Positions 45,864-56,595 are shown, counted from the stretch's first letter. The stretch: 64,000 nt of DNA from Candidatus Latescibacterota bacterium (GCA_965248355.1 OZ252098.1:4032001-4096000), one strand, 5' to 3'. Numbers and translations are program-made. The notes: generated by a model not told the origin, from the letters alone.

Positions 45864-47989
45864 CCGGATCGGGATGGTCCCTGGACGGCGTCTGGGCCTG
45901 GCTCCTGCTGGCCCCCTTCCTCGTCTGGCTCGGCCGCTGGATCTACCGCCGCACCCGCCCCGAGGTCCCCCCACCCACCAGGCGCCTCCTCTGGGTCCTG
46001 CGCGGCCTGGCCCTGGTCCTGGTGCTGCTGGTCCTCGCCGAGCCCCTGTTCTCCTGGTTCGCCCGGCGCGCCCGCCGTCCCGTGGTGGTGGCCCTGGTCG
46101 ACACCAGCGCCTCCATGAACGTGGTCGAGCGGGGAAGCAGCCGCCTCGAGAGGGCCCTGGAGGTCCTCGGCGGCGGCCTGCGGGAGGATCTGCGCGAGGC
46201 CGTGCTGCGGGGCTTCTCGGCCGGATCCTGGCCCGTCTCCCTCGACACGCTCTCCCGGATCGCCGCCGGGGGGCTGTCCACCGACCTGTCCGCCGCCCTG
46301 CTGGCGGCCGAGGAGGCGGTCCCCGACCGCCGCACCCTGGGCGGGGTGCTGCTGGTCACCGACGGCCGCCACAATCTCGGGGAGGATCCGGCCGTCGTGG
46401 CCGCCTCCCTCGGGGTTCCCGTCTTCGCCCTCGGCGCCGGCTCCGGCGAGCCCGCCGCCGACGTGCAGTTGCTGTCCGCCGCCGCTCCCGGGGCCGCCTT
46501 CGCCGGGCGCCCCGTCCGCCTGGAGATCGCCCTGCGCAGCTGGGGCTACCAGGGAAAGCCGGCACTGGTCAGCGTCTCCACCGAGGAGGAGGAGCTGGTC
46601 CGGTCGCAGGTCCTGCTCGGCGCCGACGGCCAGCTTCTGCCGGCGGACATCGAGCTGCCGCCCCTGTCCGCGGGCCCCCACCTGCTCACGGTCGCCGTCG
46701 AAGAACTCGACGGCGAGCTCACCCGCCAGAACAACCGCAGGCTCCTGTCCCTGCACCTGCGCCGGGATCGCCTGCGCGTTCTGCTCGCCGCTGGCGGCCC
46801 GGGCCCCGAGGCCGCCTTCCTGAGGCGCGCCCTGGCCGCCGACTCCTCCCTGCACGTGGCCGCCCGGATCCGGCGGGACGACCGTTCCTTCTACGGCGGC
46901 GAGCCCCTGCCCGCGAGCCTGGACGACTGGGACTGCCTGGTCCTCCTCGATCCGGACGAGGAGCTGACCGGCGCCCTCGGCGGCGTCGAGGGGTTCCTGC
47001 GCTCGGGGCGCGGGCTTCTCGTGTTCGCCGGGTCCCGCCTCCTGCGCGCCCCGGGCCCGCCCCGGGAGCTGGACCGCCTGTTGCCCCTGTCCTGGGACCA
47101 CCCGGCCGTCATCGAGGCCACCGGGGATCCGGTGCAGGCCGCCGCCGGGGGTCGCGACCACCCTCTCGGCCGGCTGCTCTCGCAGACCGGGGGGCGGGCC
47201 TCCTGGCGGGGGTGGCCGCCCCTGTCGGGTACCCTTCGGGGGGCCCGCCCGGCCCCGGGTGCCCGCCTGTTGCTGCAGACCTCTTCCGGAGACCCGGTCC
47301 TGGCGGCCGGCTCCGTGGGCCCCGGGCGGGTCCTCATGGCCGCCGGCACCGGGTTCTGGCGCCTCGACCTGCTCGCCGCCGGTCTCGGTGAGGAGGCGGC
47401 GAGCCTGCGCGCCTTCTGGCCCGCCGCCGTCCGCTGGCTGGCGGCGGCCTCCGAGACCGGCCGGGTCCGCTCGTCGCCGGAGAGGCCCGTCTACCGCGCC
47501 GGCGAGCCGGTCTCCGTGGTGGCCGAGGTCTACGACGAGCTCAACGAGCCGGTCGATTCGGCGCGGGTCACCATCGTCCTCATGCCGGGGAGCCGCGAGG
47601 CGGCCATGGAGCCGGCCGGGGCCGGCCGCTTCCGGTCCTCCTGGACCGGGTTGGAGGCCGGCGAGTACACCTACCAGGTCGAAGCCGCCCGCCGCGGGGA
47701 CTCTCTCGGCCGTTCCCGGGGCCGCTTCGTCGTCGAGAGCCACTCGGTGGAGGCCGTGGATCTGCGCGCCGACCCCGCCCTCCTGGCCGAGATCGCCGCC
47801 CTCAGCGGCGGCGAGTACCGGCCCCTCGAAGGCTGGCGGGACCTGAGGGGCCGCCTGCGGCCCCCGCCGCGCGTGGTCCCGGAGGAGCGGCGTCTGGCCG
47901 TCGAGGTCGACCAGTACCTCTGGCTGGGGCTGGTCGCCGTCCTCCTCACGGGAGAATGGCTGATCCGCAAGAGGGGAGGCATGCTGTGA
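45860..47989 (+). CDS. Membrane protein with vWA-like and glutamine amidotransferase-like domains
   Basis: Two N-terminal TMs, DTSASM MIDAS-like, VTDG, ELTRQNN, C-terminal EWLIRK TM. Confidence 0.75.
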   Translation: MTGSGWSLDGVWAWLLLAPFLVWLGRWIYRRTRPEVPPPTRRLLWVLRGLALVLVLLVLAEPLFSWFARRARRPVVVALVDTSASMNVVERGSSRLERALEVLGGGLREDLREAVLRGFSAGSWPVSLDTLSRIAAGGLSTDLSAALLAAEEAVPDRRTLGGVLLVTDGRHNLGEDPAVVAASLGVPVFALGAGSGEPAADVQLLSAAAPGAAFAGRPVRLEIALRSWGYQGKPALVSVSTEEEELVRSQVLLGADGQLLPADIELPPLSAGPHLLTVAVEELDGELTRQNNRRLLSLHLRRDRLRVLLAAGGPGPEAAFLRRALAADSSLHVAARIRRDDRSFYGGEPLPASLDDWDCLVLLDPDEELTGALGGVEGFLRSGRGLLVFAGSRLLRAPGPPRELDRLLPLSWDHPAVIEATGDPVQAAAGGRDHPLGRLLSQTGGRASWRGWPPLSGTLRGARPAPGARLLLQTSSGDPVLAAGSVGPGRVLMAAGTGFWRLDLLAAGLGEEAASLRAFWPAAVRWLAAASETGRVRSSPERPVYRAGEPVSVVAEVYDELNEPVDSARVTIVLMPGSREAAMEPAGAGRFRSSWTGLEAGEYTYQVEAARRGDSLGRSRGRFVVESHSVEAVDLRADPALLAEIAALSGGEYRPLEGWRDLRGRLRPPPRVVPEERRLAVEVDQYLWLGLVAVLLTGEWLIRKRGGML

Positions 47990-48861
47990 CGCGACCGGCG
48001 AATCGAGCCCGCCCACGTTTTTCCCTGGCGGCGGCCCTCCTGGCCAGCCTCGGGTGGCAGGCCTGGCCCACCCACTCCCAGGTGATTCTGAGCGAGGTCA
48101 TGGCCGATCCGGCGGGAAGCGAGCACCACGAGGAGTTCGTGGAGTTGCAGAACACGGGGGCCGATTCCGTCGATCTGTCCGGCTGGCGTCTGGGCGACGC
48201 CGAAGAGCTGGACGCGATCGTCGACGCGGGATCCGGAATCCGCCTGGCACCGGGGGAGTTCGCTCTCGTCGTCGATGGCAGCTACGGCGGCAACTCCGCG
48301 GCCTACGACTCGGTGCGAAAGTGGGCCGTTATCCTTACTATTGAAGACCGGTCCTTCGGCCGCGCGGGCTGGTCCAACTCCACTCCCGAGGTGGTCCTCC
48401 TGCGCGATCCCCGCGGCGCCGTGGCCGATTCCTTCACCTACGATCCTTCCGAGGGCATCGCCGGCCATTCCTGGGAGCGCCGGGACGCGGAGCCGCCCGT
48501 CTGGCAGGCGTCCTATCTGGCCGGCGGCACCCCCGGACGGGGCAACAGTGTAAACCGGCCTGCGGCGGCCGGTGGCCGCATCGAGATCGAGGCGCAGCCG
48601 GACCCCTTCGGCGATCGGCTCGAGCTTCTCTGCCGCCTCCCCGCGGCGCCGGCCCTGCTGGCGGTCACCGTCTTCGATGCCGAAGGACGCCGGGTGGCGC
48701 GGCTCTCCCATTGGCGGCCGGCCGCCATCGAGACCCGCCTGGCCTGGGACGGCCGCGACGCCCGCGGGCGGCCCGTCGCCCCGGGGCTGTACGTGGTCTT
48801 CGTGCAGTCCAGCGCCGGGGGACGCGTCGTCAGCGGCAAGCGAGTCGTGACCCGGCGTTGA
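47986..48861 (+). CDS. Secreted lamin-tail-domain protein with FlgD-Ig-like CTD
   Basis: VILSEVMADP..EFVELQN..VDLSGW; TPGRGN; WDGRDARG..PGLYVV. Confidence 0.8.
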   Translation: MTRPANRARPRFSLAAALLASLGWQAWPTHSQVILSEVMADPAGSEHHEEFVELQNTGADSVDLSGWRLGDAEELDAIVDAGSGIRLAPGEFALVVDGSYGGNSAAYDSVRKWAVILTIEDRSFGRAGWSNSTPEVVLLRDPRGAVADSFTYDPSEGIAGHSWERRDAEPPVWQASYLAGGTPGRGNSVNRPAAAGGRIEIEAQPDPFGDRLELLCRLPAAPALLAVTVFDAEGRRVARLSHWRPAAIETRLAWDGRDARGRPVAPGLYVVFVQSSAGGRVVSGKRVVTRR

Positions 48862-48908
48862 GCCTGGAGGCCCTCCCCCCGGCCTCCTCCTTGGGACGAG
48901 CATCCGAC

Positions 48909-51242
48909 ATGGCTGAAAAGGCTGACCCCCTCGTGGCCGGACGCAAGGTCTCCCATATCACCGGAGTCCTGCTGCTCGCCCTGGCCGCCTTTCTGCTGCT
49001 GAGCCTGGCCACGCACTCCCCGCTGGATCCCCCCAACTCGAGCCACGCCGAGGAACAGGGCCCGATCAACCGCGCCGGATGGCTCGGGGCCCACGTCTCC
49101 TACGGGATGCTGACCGCCGTCGGGTACAGCGCCTACGCCCTGCCGGTGCTGGCCCTCCTGTGGACCTGGAACCGCCTCCGGCGGCGCCCCTGGAAAGGGG
49201 ATGCCGCCCGCTCCCTCGGCGTCGCCGGCATCGCCCTCTTTCTGTCCGTTGGCTCCGGACTGCCGTCCTGGTCCCCCTATACCGCCTTCGAGTTCGGGGG
49301 CTGGCTCGGCACCTGGACCACGGCCACCGTGCTCGTGCCCTTCACCGGCCGCGTGGGCTCCAGCATCCTGCTCACCGGACTGCTCGGCGCTTCCCTGCTG
49401 CTGGCCACCGACATCGATCCGCGCCGCTGCGCGCAGTCCCTGTCCGCCTGGAGCCGGCGCCTGCGCCAGCGCAGACGCCGGCCCGGGAAGCGGGAGCCCG
49501 CCCCGGAGGAAACCCTGCCGGCCAGCGGACGTCCGCCGACCATCGGCCGGCGCGCACCGGGACGGGCGGCCTCCCGGGAGGATCCCCCGTCCGACGAGGG
49601 TTCGCCCGGAGAGGCTTCCCCGGAGGAGGCCGAGGCGCCCCCCGCGGCCGAGGAGATCCCGGTCGTCGCTCGCCGCCGGAACGGGTCCGCCGGAAAGAGC
49701 CGGTCCCGGGCGGCGCGGCCGGCCCCTCGCCCCGAGGCCGGGCGGACCCCTGAGGCCGGCGCCGCCGGTACCGGGGCCCGCCCCCGGGGCCGCTACCGCC
49801 TGCCGGGGGCCAAGCTGCTGGACCCGGTGCCGGCGGACCGCGGCCAGGTCGGCCGCGAGGTCCTGCTGCAGAACGCCCGCGTCCTGGAGGAGGCTCTGGC
49901 CAACTTCGACGTCATGGGGAAGGTCGTGGAGGTGAGCCCCGGACCGGTGGTCACCCGCTACGAAGTGGAGCCGGCCGCCGGGGTCAAGGTGGGGCGCATC
50001 TCGGCTCTCGCCGACGATCTGGCCCGCGTCATGAGCGCCGAGGGGATCCGCATCCAGGCGCCCGTGCCCGGCAAGTCCGTCGTCGGCGTCGAGATCGCCA
50101 ACCACCACCGCGAGACCGTCTACCTGCGCGAGATCGTCGAGTCCCGCGCCTTCCGGCGGGCCGGCTCCGAGCTGACCCTGGCCCTCGGCAAGACCATCTC
50201 GGGCGAGACCTGCGTCACCGACCTGGCGAAGATGCCCCACCTCCTCGTGGCCGGGGCCACCGGGTCCGGCAAGAGCGTCTGCATCAACACCCTGATCTGC
50301 AGCCTCCTGTTGCGCTACACGCCCGAGGAGGTCCGTCTCCTCATGGTCGATCCCAAGGTCGTGGAGCTGACCATCTACAACGACATCCCCCACCTGCTGG
50401 TGCCCGTGATCACCGAGCCCAAGAAGGCCGCCGAGGCCCTTGGCTGGGCCGTCTCCGAGATGGAGGACCGCTACCGGCTGCTGGCCAGGATGGCCGTGCG
50501 CAACTTGGCGGACTACAACGCCAAGGTGGAGCGCATCCTCGCTGGAGGCGCCGGCGCGGAGGGCGCCGCCGAGGGGGAGGAGGTGCGCAAGCTCCCCTTC
50601 ATCGTCATCGTCATCGATGAGTTCGCCGACCTCATGCTCACCGCCCCCGCCGACGTGGAGGGCTCGATCATGGGCCTGGCCCAGAAGTCCCGGGCCGTGG
50701 GCATCCACATCGTCCTCGCCACCCAGCGACCCTCGGTGAACGTCATCACCGGCGTCATCAAGGCCAACTTCCCGTCGCGCATCGCCTTCCTCGTGGCCTC
50801 CAAGACCGACTCGCGCACCATCCTCGACGTGAACGGCGCCGAGCGGCTCCTCGGCCGGGGGGACATGCTCTTCCTGCGCAGCGGCCACGGGGAGCCGGTC
50901 CGCATCCACGGCGCCTTCATCTCCGGCGAGGAGACCGAGCGCCTGGTGGAGGAGATCCGCGGCAGCGGCTTCGAGGCCGAGGAGGTGAAGGTGTTCTCCG
51001 AGCGCGGCGGCCCCGGGGAGAGCGCCGGCGACCGGGACGAGCTCTTCGACGAGGCCGTCAGCGTCGTGATGGAGTCCAAGCAGGCGAGCACGTCCTACCT
51101 GCAGCGGCGCATGAAGGTGGGCTACTCCCGCGCCGCGCGCCTCATGGACGAGCTCGAGCTCGCCGGGATCGTGGGGCCCGCCGAGGGGGCCCGGCCGAGG
51201 CGCATCCTCGGGGAGGACGTGGACGGGGAGGAGGCTCCGTGA
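48909..51242 (+). CDS. ftsK: DNA translocase FtsK
   Basis: N-terminal TMs, PHLLVAGATGSGKS, IDEFADLM, ATQRPS, gamma domain LQRRMKVGYSRAAR. Confidence 0.97.
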   Translation: MAEKADPLVAGRKVSHITGVLLLALAAFLLLSLATHSPLDPPNSSHAEEQGPINRAGWLGAHVSYGMLTAVGYSAYALPVLALLWTWNRLRRRPWKGDAARSLGVAGIALFLSVGSGLPSWSPYTAFEFGGWLGTWTTATVLVPFTGRVGSSILLTGLLGASLLLATDIDPRRCAQSLSAWSRRLRQRRRRPGKREPAPEETLPASGRPPTIGRRAPGRAASREDPPSDEGSPGEASPEEAEAPPAAEEIPVVARRRNGSAGKSRSRAARPAPRPEAGRTPEAGAAGTGARPRGRYRLPGAKLLDPVPADRGQVGREVLLQNARVLEEALANFDVMGKVVEVSPGPVVTRYEVEPAAGVKVGRISALADDLARVMSAEGIRIQAPVPGKSVVGVEIANHHRETVYLREIVESRAFRRAGSELTLALGKTISGETCVTDLAKMPHLLVAGATGSGKSVCINTLICSLLLRYTPEEVRLLMVDPKVVELTIYNDIPHLLVPVITEPKKAAEALGWAVSEMEDRYRLLARMAVRNLADYNAKVERILAGGAGAEGAAEGEEVRKLPFIVIVIDEFADLMLTAPADVEGSIMGLAQKSRAVGIHIVLATQRPSVNVITGVIKANFPSRIAFLVASKTDSRTILDVNGAERLLGRGDMLFLRSGHGEPVRIHGAFISGEETERLVEEIRGSGFEAEEVKVFSERGGPGESAGDRDELFDEAVSVVMESKQASTSYLQRRMKVGYSRAARLMDELELAGIVGPAEGARPRRILGEDVDGEEAP

Positions 51243-51898
51243 GGGCCGCGCTCTTCCTGTGGGCGCCGCTGGCCGCCCTGCTCTGGCCCGCGTGCCTTCC
51301 GGCCATCACCGGCAGCGAGGTCATCGAGCGCGTGCGTGACCGCTTCGCCAAGGCCCGCACCTACGAGGCCCGCTTCGAGAAGCGGTTCTACTGGGCTGTC
51401 CTCGACAAGCACCTGTCGCGCCAGGGACGGATCTACACCCGGAAGCCGGGGCGTTTCCGCGTGCAGCTCGAGGACGGCGATCTCGTCGTCGCCGACGGCG
51501 AGGCCATCTGGGCCTACAGCAAGGCCAATGAGCAGGTCGTCGTCGCCCCCTACGACGGGGTGGTGATGCAGACGCCCTGGGAGATCCTCGTGAAGTACGC
51601 GAGCAGCTATCGGACGGTGGCGGTGGAGCGCACCGATCTCGACGGCCGCGAGGTCTACCTGCTGACGCTGCAGCCGCTGGAGGACGTGCCTGCCACCCTG
51701 CGGCTCCAGCGCATGCGCCTGTGGGTGGAGGAGAGAGGCTGGCGCCTCCTGCGGATCGAGCAGGTCGACACCAACGACGACGTGAGCACCTACATCCTGA
51801 GCGGGCACCGCCGCGACGGCCGGCTCGACGACGACCTCTTCCGCTTCACCCCGCCCGAGGGCACGGAGATCATCGACCGCCGGCCGGCGGATCCCTGA
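51239..51898 (+). CDS. lolA: Outer-membrane lipoprotein carrier LolA-like
   Basis: Signal peptide, KPGRFR, VADGEAIWAY, FRFTPPEG; downstream of ftsK. Confidence 0.85.
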   Translation: MRAALFLWAPLAALLWPACLPAITGSEVIERVRDRFAKARTYEARFEKRFYWAVLDKHLSRQGRIYTRKPGRFRVQLEDGDLVVADGEAIWAYSKANEQVVVAPYDGVVMQTPWEILVKYASSYRTVAVERTDLDGREVYLLTLQPLEDVPATLRLQRMRLWVEERGWRLLRIEQVDTNDDVSTYILSGHRRDGRLDDDLFRFTPPEGTEIIDRRPADP

Positions 51899-51900
51899 AG

Positions 51901-53625
51901 ATGTCCAGGATCCTTCGCCGGTGCCTCCTTGTCCGGGGCGCCGTCCTTCTCCTCCTTCCCGCCGCCGCCCCCGCCGAGCCGGTCTGGGTGTTCTTCACCG
52001 ACAAGGCCGACGCCGGCGGCCAGGTCCTCTCCTGGCCGGCCCCCCGTCACGTGCGCCCGGACCCCGGCCTCGACATCGATCTCGACCGCCGCTACACCGC
52101 CGCCGTCGAGTCTCTCGGCCTGCCCATCCGCGCGCGCTCGCGCTGGTTCAACGCCGTGAGCGTGGACGCCGGACGCGGCCAGGCCGCCCGCCTGCGCCGC
52201 CTCTCCTTCGTGCGCGAGGTGCGGCCCGTGCGGACCTGGCTGCGTCCTTCCCCGGCCCTTCCCGTCGCCCCCCCCTCCGGCCATCGGGCGCGCCCGGCCG
52301 CCCTCGACTACGGCCCCTCCCTGGAGCAGTTGGCCGCCGTCAACGTGCCTCTCCTTCACGCCCGCGGGCTCCTCGGCCAGGGCGTGCGCGTCGCCCTCAT
52401 CGACGCCGGTTTCAACTGGAGATCTCACGCCGCCTTCGGCGGCCTGCGGGTCCTGGCCGCCCGTGACTTCATCAACGGCGACGACGAGGTCGCGGACGAG
52501 TCCCTCCAGCCGGTGACCGGGGAGGAGGCCGCTCATGGCCAGAACGTGCACGGCACCCGTGTCCTTGGCGTCATCGCCGGCCACGAGCCGGGCCAGCTCA
52601 TCGGGGTGGCGCCGGCCGCCGGGTACCTGCTGGCCAAGACCGAGGATGTGAGCCCCTCGGCGGGGGGAGGGGAGAGCGAGCTGCCCATCGAGGAGGACCG
52701 CTGGGTGGCGGCCATCGAGTGGGCCGACAGCCTCGGCGCCCAGGTCGTCAACGCCTCCGTCGGGTACACCCGCTTCGACGACGGCACCGGGTACACCTGG
52801 GAGGATCTGGACGGGGCCACCGCCCTGACCACGAGAGCCGCGGAGCTGGCCGTGGCCCGGGGGATCGTGGTCGTCGCCGCCGCCGGCAACGAAGCCCTCG
52901 GCGACTGGCACTACGTCACCGTGCCCGCCGACGGCCCCGGGGTCATCGCCGTGGGCGCCGTGCACCCCTGGACGGACGCGCTCGCCCCCACCAGCTCCCG
53001 CGGTCCCACCGCGGACGGGCGCATCAAGCCCGACCTCGTGGCTCCGGGACAGGCCGTGTTCACCGTCTCCGGCCGGGGGGCCGGCGAGGGCGCGGAGTCC
53101 TTCTCGCTGCGCGAGTACTCCCATGTCTCCGGCACCTCCTTCGCAGCGCCCATCGCCGCCGGCGTCTGCGCCCTGCTGCTGCAGGAGCACCCCCGCTGGA
53201 CGCCCGGGGAGGTGGCCGCCGCCCTCCGCTCCACCGCCGTCGATCTCGGGCCGGCGGGGCCGGACACCCTCTTCGGCTGGGGGCGCATCGACGCCGCCCG
53301 CGCCAGCGGCCTGGAGGTCCCTGGCCCCCTGGCCAGCGCCGCCCTCGATCCCTTCCCGAACCCCGCCCGCGGTTCCTCGCCCACCATCCACTTCCCCGTC
53401 GACCTGTCCGGGGCGGAGACCCTCTCTCTGCGCCTCTTCGACGCCGCCGGCGCCCTGGTCCATGTCATGGACCGCAGGCGCCGGCCCGCCGGGACCTACC
53501 ATCTGCCGGGCCTGGCCCTCTCCTGGGAGGTGGGGGCGGACCTGGCTTCCGGCGTCTATTTCTATCGTCTGGAGGGCGACTCCTTCCGCCGCGCCGGAAA
53601 GGTGGCCGTCCTGCGCGGTCTCTGA
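51901..53625 (+). CDS. S8 (subtilisin-family) serine peptidase with CTD-like C-terminus
   Basis: IDAG, HGT, AAGN, SGTSFAAP catalytic motifs; FPNP..ASGVYFYRL tail. Confidence 0.9.
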   Translation: MSRILRRCLLVRGAVLLLLPAAAPAEPVWVFFTDKADAGGQVLSWPAPRHVRPDPGLDIDLDRRYTAAVESLGLPIRARSRWFNAVSVDAGRGQAARLRRLSFVREVRPVRTWLRPSPALPVAPPSGHRARPAALDYGPSLEQLAAVNVPLLHARGLLGQGVRVALIDAGFNWRSHAAFGGLRVLAARDFINGDDEVADESLQPVTGEEAAHGQNVHGTRVLGVIAGHEPGQLIGVAPAAGYLLAKTEDVSPSAGGGESELPIEEDRWVAAIEWADSLGAQVVNASVGYTRFDDGTGYTWEDLDGATALTTRAAELAVARGIVVVAAAGNEALGDWHYVTVPADGPGVIAVGAVHPWTDALAPTSSRGPTADGRIKPDLVAPGQAVFTVSGRGAGEGAESFSLREYSHVSGTSFAAPIAAGVCALLLQEHPRWTPGEVAAALRSTAVDLGPAGPDTLFGWGRIDAARASGLEVPGPLASAALDPFPNPARGSSPTIHFPVDLSGAETLSLRLFDAAGALVHVMDRRRRPAGTYHLPGLALSWEVGADLASGVYFYRLEGDSFRRAGKVAVLRGL

Positions 53626-53745
53626 GGGGCGGCCCGTCTTTGGCAGGTCCCGGGGCGGCGCGTACCTTCTCCCGCCGTGATGCAGCCCGCCGCACGACGC
53701 CGCGACAGACCCCGGAGCGGCCGGCAGCAGTGTTTCGCGCGGCGC

Positions 53746-54219
53746 ATGCGCACGCTCCGCTGGGGCGTGATCGCGGGCTGCGTGGTCGTCGGCTTCGGGG
53801 TGATGGCCTTCAAGCTCGCCCGCTTCACCGGCGGCTCGGTGGGGAAGCTCGAGGAGTTGCCCGACCTGCTCGGCCGCCTCCAGAAGCCGATCCACTGGAG
53901 CGTGCCGGAGGACGGGGTCCGCTACCTGTGGTTCTTCCACGGGTACCCGGAAGAGGGCCGCAAGTTCGTCCTCGTGCGGGTTCGCATGGAGGCGCGCCTC
54001 AAGATCGGCTATCCCGTCGTGCCCCGGTGCTTCCAGCTCGTGGGCGCCGACGGGTCCCGCTACTACCCGAAGTCGCGCTCGCCCATGTTCATCCGCCTCG
54101 GGGGCCGCTTCCACCTCGATCGGGACGACACCCTCGACGAGGAGCTGCTCTTCGAGATCCCCGAGGCTGCCCGGGCCGAGCGGCTCATCTTCGAACGCTA
54201 CGAGGAACCCCCGGAATAG
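53746..54219 (+). CDS. Membrane-anchored hypothetical protein (DUF4352-like)
   Basis: One N-terminal TM, FQLVGADGSRY and LLFEIP motifs; start may be 53677 or 53680. Confidence 0.6.
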   Translation: MRTLRWGVIAGCVVVGFGVMAFKLARFTGGSVGKLEELPDLLGRLQKPIHWSVPEDGVRYLWFFHGYPEEGRKFVLVRVRMEARLKIGYPVVPRCFQLVGADGSRYYPKSRSPMFIRLGGRFHLDRDDTLDEELLFEIPEAARAERLIFERYEEPPE

Positions 54220-54229
54220 GAGCGATCCC

Positions 54230-55327
54230 ATGGCTGCCAACGAAGAGGTCCTGTTCGCCTGCGCCGAACGGCTGGAACGGCTCCGGGGGTATCTTTGACG
54301 TCGACCGGCGCCGTCAGAGCCTGGCCGGCCTGGACCAGCGGATGGGGCGGGGAGACTTCTGGAACGACCGCCGCAGCGCCGAGGAGGTCTCCCGCCAGGC
54401 CCGCGGGCTGAGAGACGTCATCGAACCCTGGGACGGGCTGAAGTCCCGCCTCGACGACCTGCTCGAGTTGCGCGAGCTGGCCTCGGCCGAGGGGATGCCG
54501 CAACCCTCTCGGAGGTGGAGGCGGAGGCCGCGGCCCTCGGCCGGGAGCTGGACCAAGTGGAGCTCCAGGCCATGCTCGCGGACGAGGACGATCCCAAGGA
54601 CGCCATCCTCGAGATCCACTCGGGCGCCGGCGGCACCGAGGCCGCCGACTGGGCCGGGATGCTCATGCGCCTCTACGGCCGCTGGATCGAGCGCCGCGGC
54701 TTCGAGTCCGATCTCATGGACCTGCAGCCGGGCGACGAGGCCGGCATCAAGAGCGCCACCATCGAGGTCCGGGGCCGCTACGCCTACGGCTATCTCAAGG
54801 CCGAGGCCGGGGTCCATCGACTCGTGCGCATCTCGCCCTTCGATGCCAACAAGCGCCGGCACACCTCCTTCGCCAGCGTCTTCGTCTATCCCGAGGTCGA
54901 CGAGATCCCCGAGGTCGAGCTGCGGGACGATGACCTGCAGATCGACACCTACAAGGCGGGCGGCGCCGGCGGCCAGCACGTGAACAAGACCTCCTCGGCG
55001 GTGCGCATCACCCACCTGCCCACGAGGATCACCGTGCAGTGTCAGAACGAGCGCTCGCAGATGAAGAACCGGAGCACGGCCATGAAGGTGCTCAAGGCGC
55101 GGATCTACGACCACCACAGGCAGGAGGAACGGCAGAAGATGGAAGCCGTGGAGAGCACCAAGAAGGCCATCGACTTCGGCAGTCAGATCCGCTCCTACGT
55201 CTTCCAGCCCTACACCATGGTCAAGGACCACCGCACCGGCCACGAGTCGGGGAATGTGCAGGCCGTCATGGACGGCGACATCGACGGGTTCATCGAGGCC
55301 TTCCTCACCGCCGACCGGACGGCATAA
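54230..55327 (+). CDS. prfB: Peptide chain release factor 2 with programmed +1 frameshift (and an extra apparent indel near 54491-54494)
   Basis: GGGGG-TAT-CTT-TGA-C slippery site at 54293-54299; GAGGTE, SPF and GGQ motifs. Confidence 0.95.
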
Positions 55328-55331
55328 GGCC

Positions 55332-56585
55332 GTGGGCTACGAGCTGTTCGTCTCGCGGCGCTACCTGCAGTCCAAGCAGCGCCCCGGGTTCCTCTCCGTC
55401 ATCGCCTTCATCGCCACCGGGGGCGTCATCCTGGGCGTGGCCGCCCTGATCATCATGCTCTCCGTGACCAACGGGTTCACGGGTGAGGTGAAGAGCCGTC
55501 TCATCGGCATGAACGCCCACGTCAGCGTCTGGCGCTACCACGGCGACGCCATCGCCGCCGCCGACACCCTGGCCGCCCACATCGCCCGCCGGCCGGGGGT
55601 GGTGGCCACGGCGCCCATCATCGAGAGCAAGCTGGTCCTCGCCAACGCCGAGGACGACATGGACGGCGTCGTCGTCTGGGGCGTCGATCCCGAGAGCTTC
55701 GCCGGTGTCTCCGACCTGCCCGCCCACCTGGTCTACGAGGACGCCGGCGAGATGCACTTCGAGCCCCGGCCGGGGGGCGGGCTCCCGGGCATCATCCTCG
55801 GCCGCTACCTGGCCAACCGGCTCCGCGTGGGTCTGGGGGACGTGGTCTTCCTCTTGTCCCTGCGCGAGCAGTCTCTCGAGGAGGTCATGGTCGGCGGGCT
55901 GACCCCGCGGGTGCGGGCCTTCGTCGTCAACGACCTCTTCGAAAGCGGCATGTTCCACTACGACGACAACTACGCCTTCATCTCCCTCGAGCAGGCTCGC
56001 CACATCACCACCATGGACGGCGCCACCAACATCCACGTCCGCCTCGCCGACCTCGACGCCGCCGTCGGCGTGCGCCAGGAGCTGGCCGAGCAGCTCGGCT
56101 ATCCCTACAAGGTCTCCGACTGGACCCAGCAGTTTCCCGAGCTCTTCCATTGGATGGAGCTGGAGAAATGGGTGATCTTCATCGCCCTGAGCCTGATCAT
56201 CGTCGTCGCCGCCTTCAACATCACCTCCATCCTCACCATGTCGATCCTGATCAAGACCCCCGAGATCGGCATCCTCCGCGCCATGGGCGCCCGGTCCCGG
56301 GGCATCGGCCGCGTCTTCCTCTACCAGGGGCTCTTCATCGGCCTCGTCGGGACCCTCCTCGGCTGCCTGATCGGCCTCGGCGTCTGCCTCGTCCAGGACC
56401 GCTTCCGCATCGTCTCCATCCCCAGCGACATCTACATCATCAGCTCCCTCCCCGTGGACATGCAGCCCCTCGACTTCCTGCTCGTCTCCGGCGTCAGCAT
56501 CTGCATCTGTCTGCTGGCGGCCGTGCTGCCGGCCCGCAAGGCCGCTTCCCTGCAGCCGGTCGAGGCGATCCGCTACATCGTGTGA
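55332..56585 (+). CDS. lolE: Lipoprotein-releasing ABC permease LolC/E family
   Basis: YELFVSRRYL, GVAALIIMLSVTNGF, VAAFNI, EIGILRAMG, PVEAIRY. Confidence 0.9.
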   Translation: MGYELFVSRRYLQSKQRPGFLSVIAFIATGGVILGVAALIIMLSVTNGFTGEVKSRLIGMNAHVSVWRYHGDAIAAADTLAAHIARRPGVVATAPIIESKLVLANAEDDMDGVVVWGVDPESFAGVSDLPAHLVYEDAGEMHFEPRPGGGLPGIILGRYLANRLRVGLGDVVFLLSLREQSLEEVMVGGLTPRVRAFVVNDLFESGMFHYDDNYAFISLEQARHITTMDGATNIHVRLADLDAAVGVRQELAEQLGYPYKVSDWTQQFPELFHWMELEKWVIFIALSLIIVVAAFNITSILTMSILIKTPEIGILRAMGARSRGIGRVFLYQGLFIGLVGTLLGCLIGLGVCLVQDRFRIVSIPSDIYIISSLPVDMQPLDFLLVSGVSICICLLAAVLPARKAASLQPVEAIRYIV

Positions 56586-56595
56586 CGGCCGCCCC

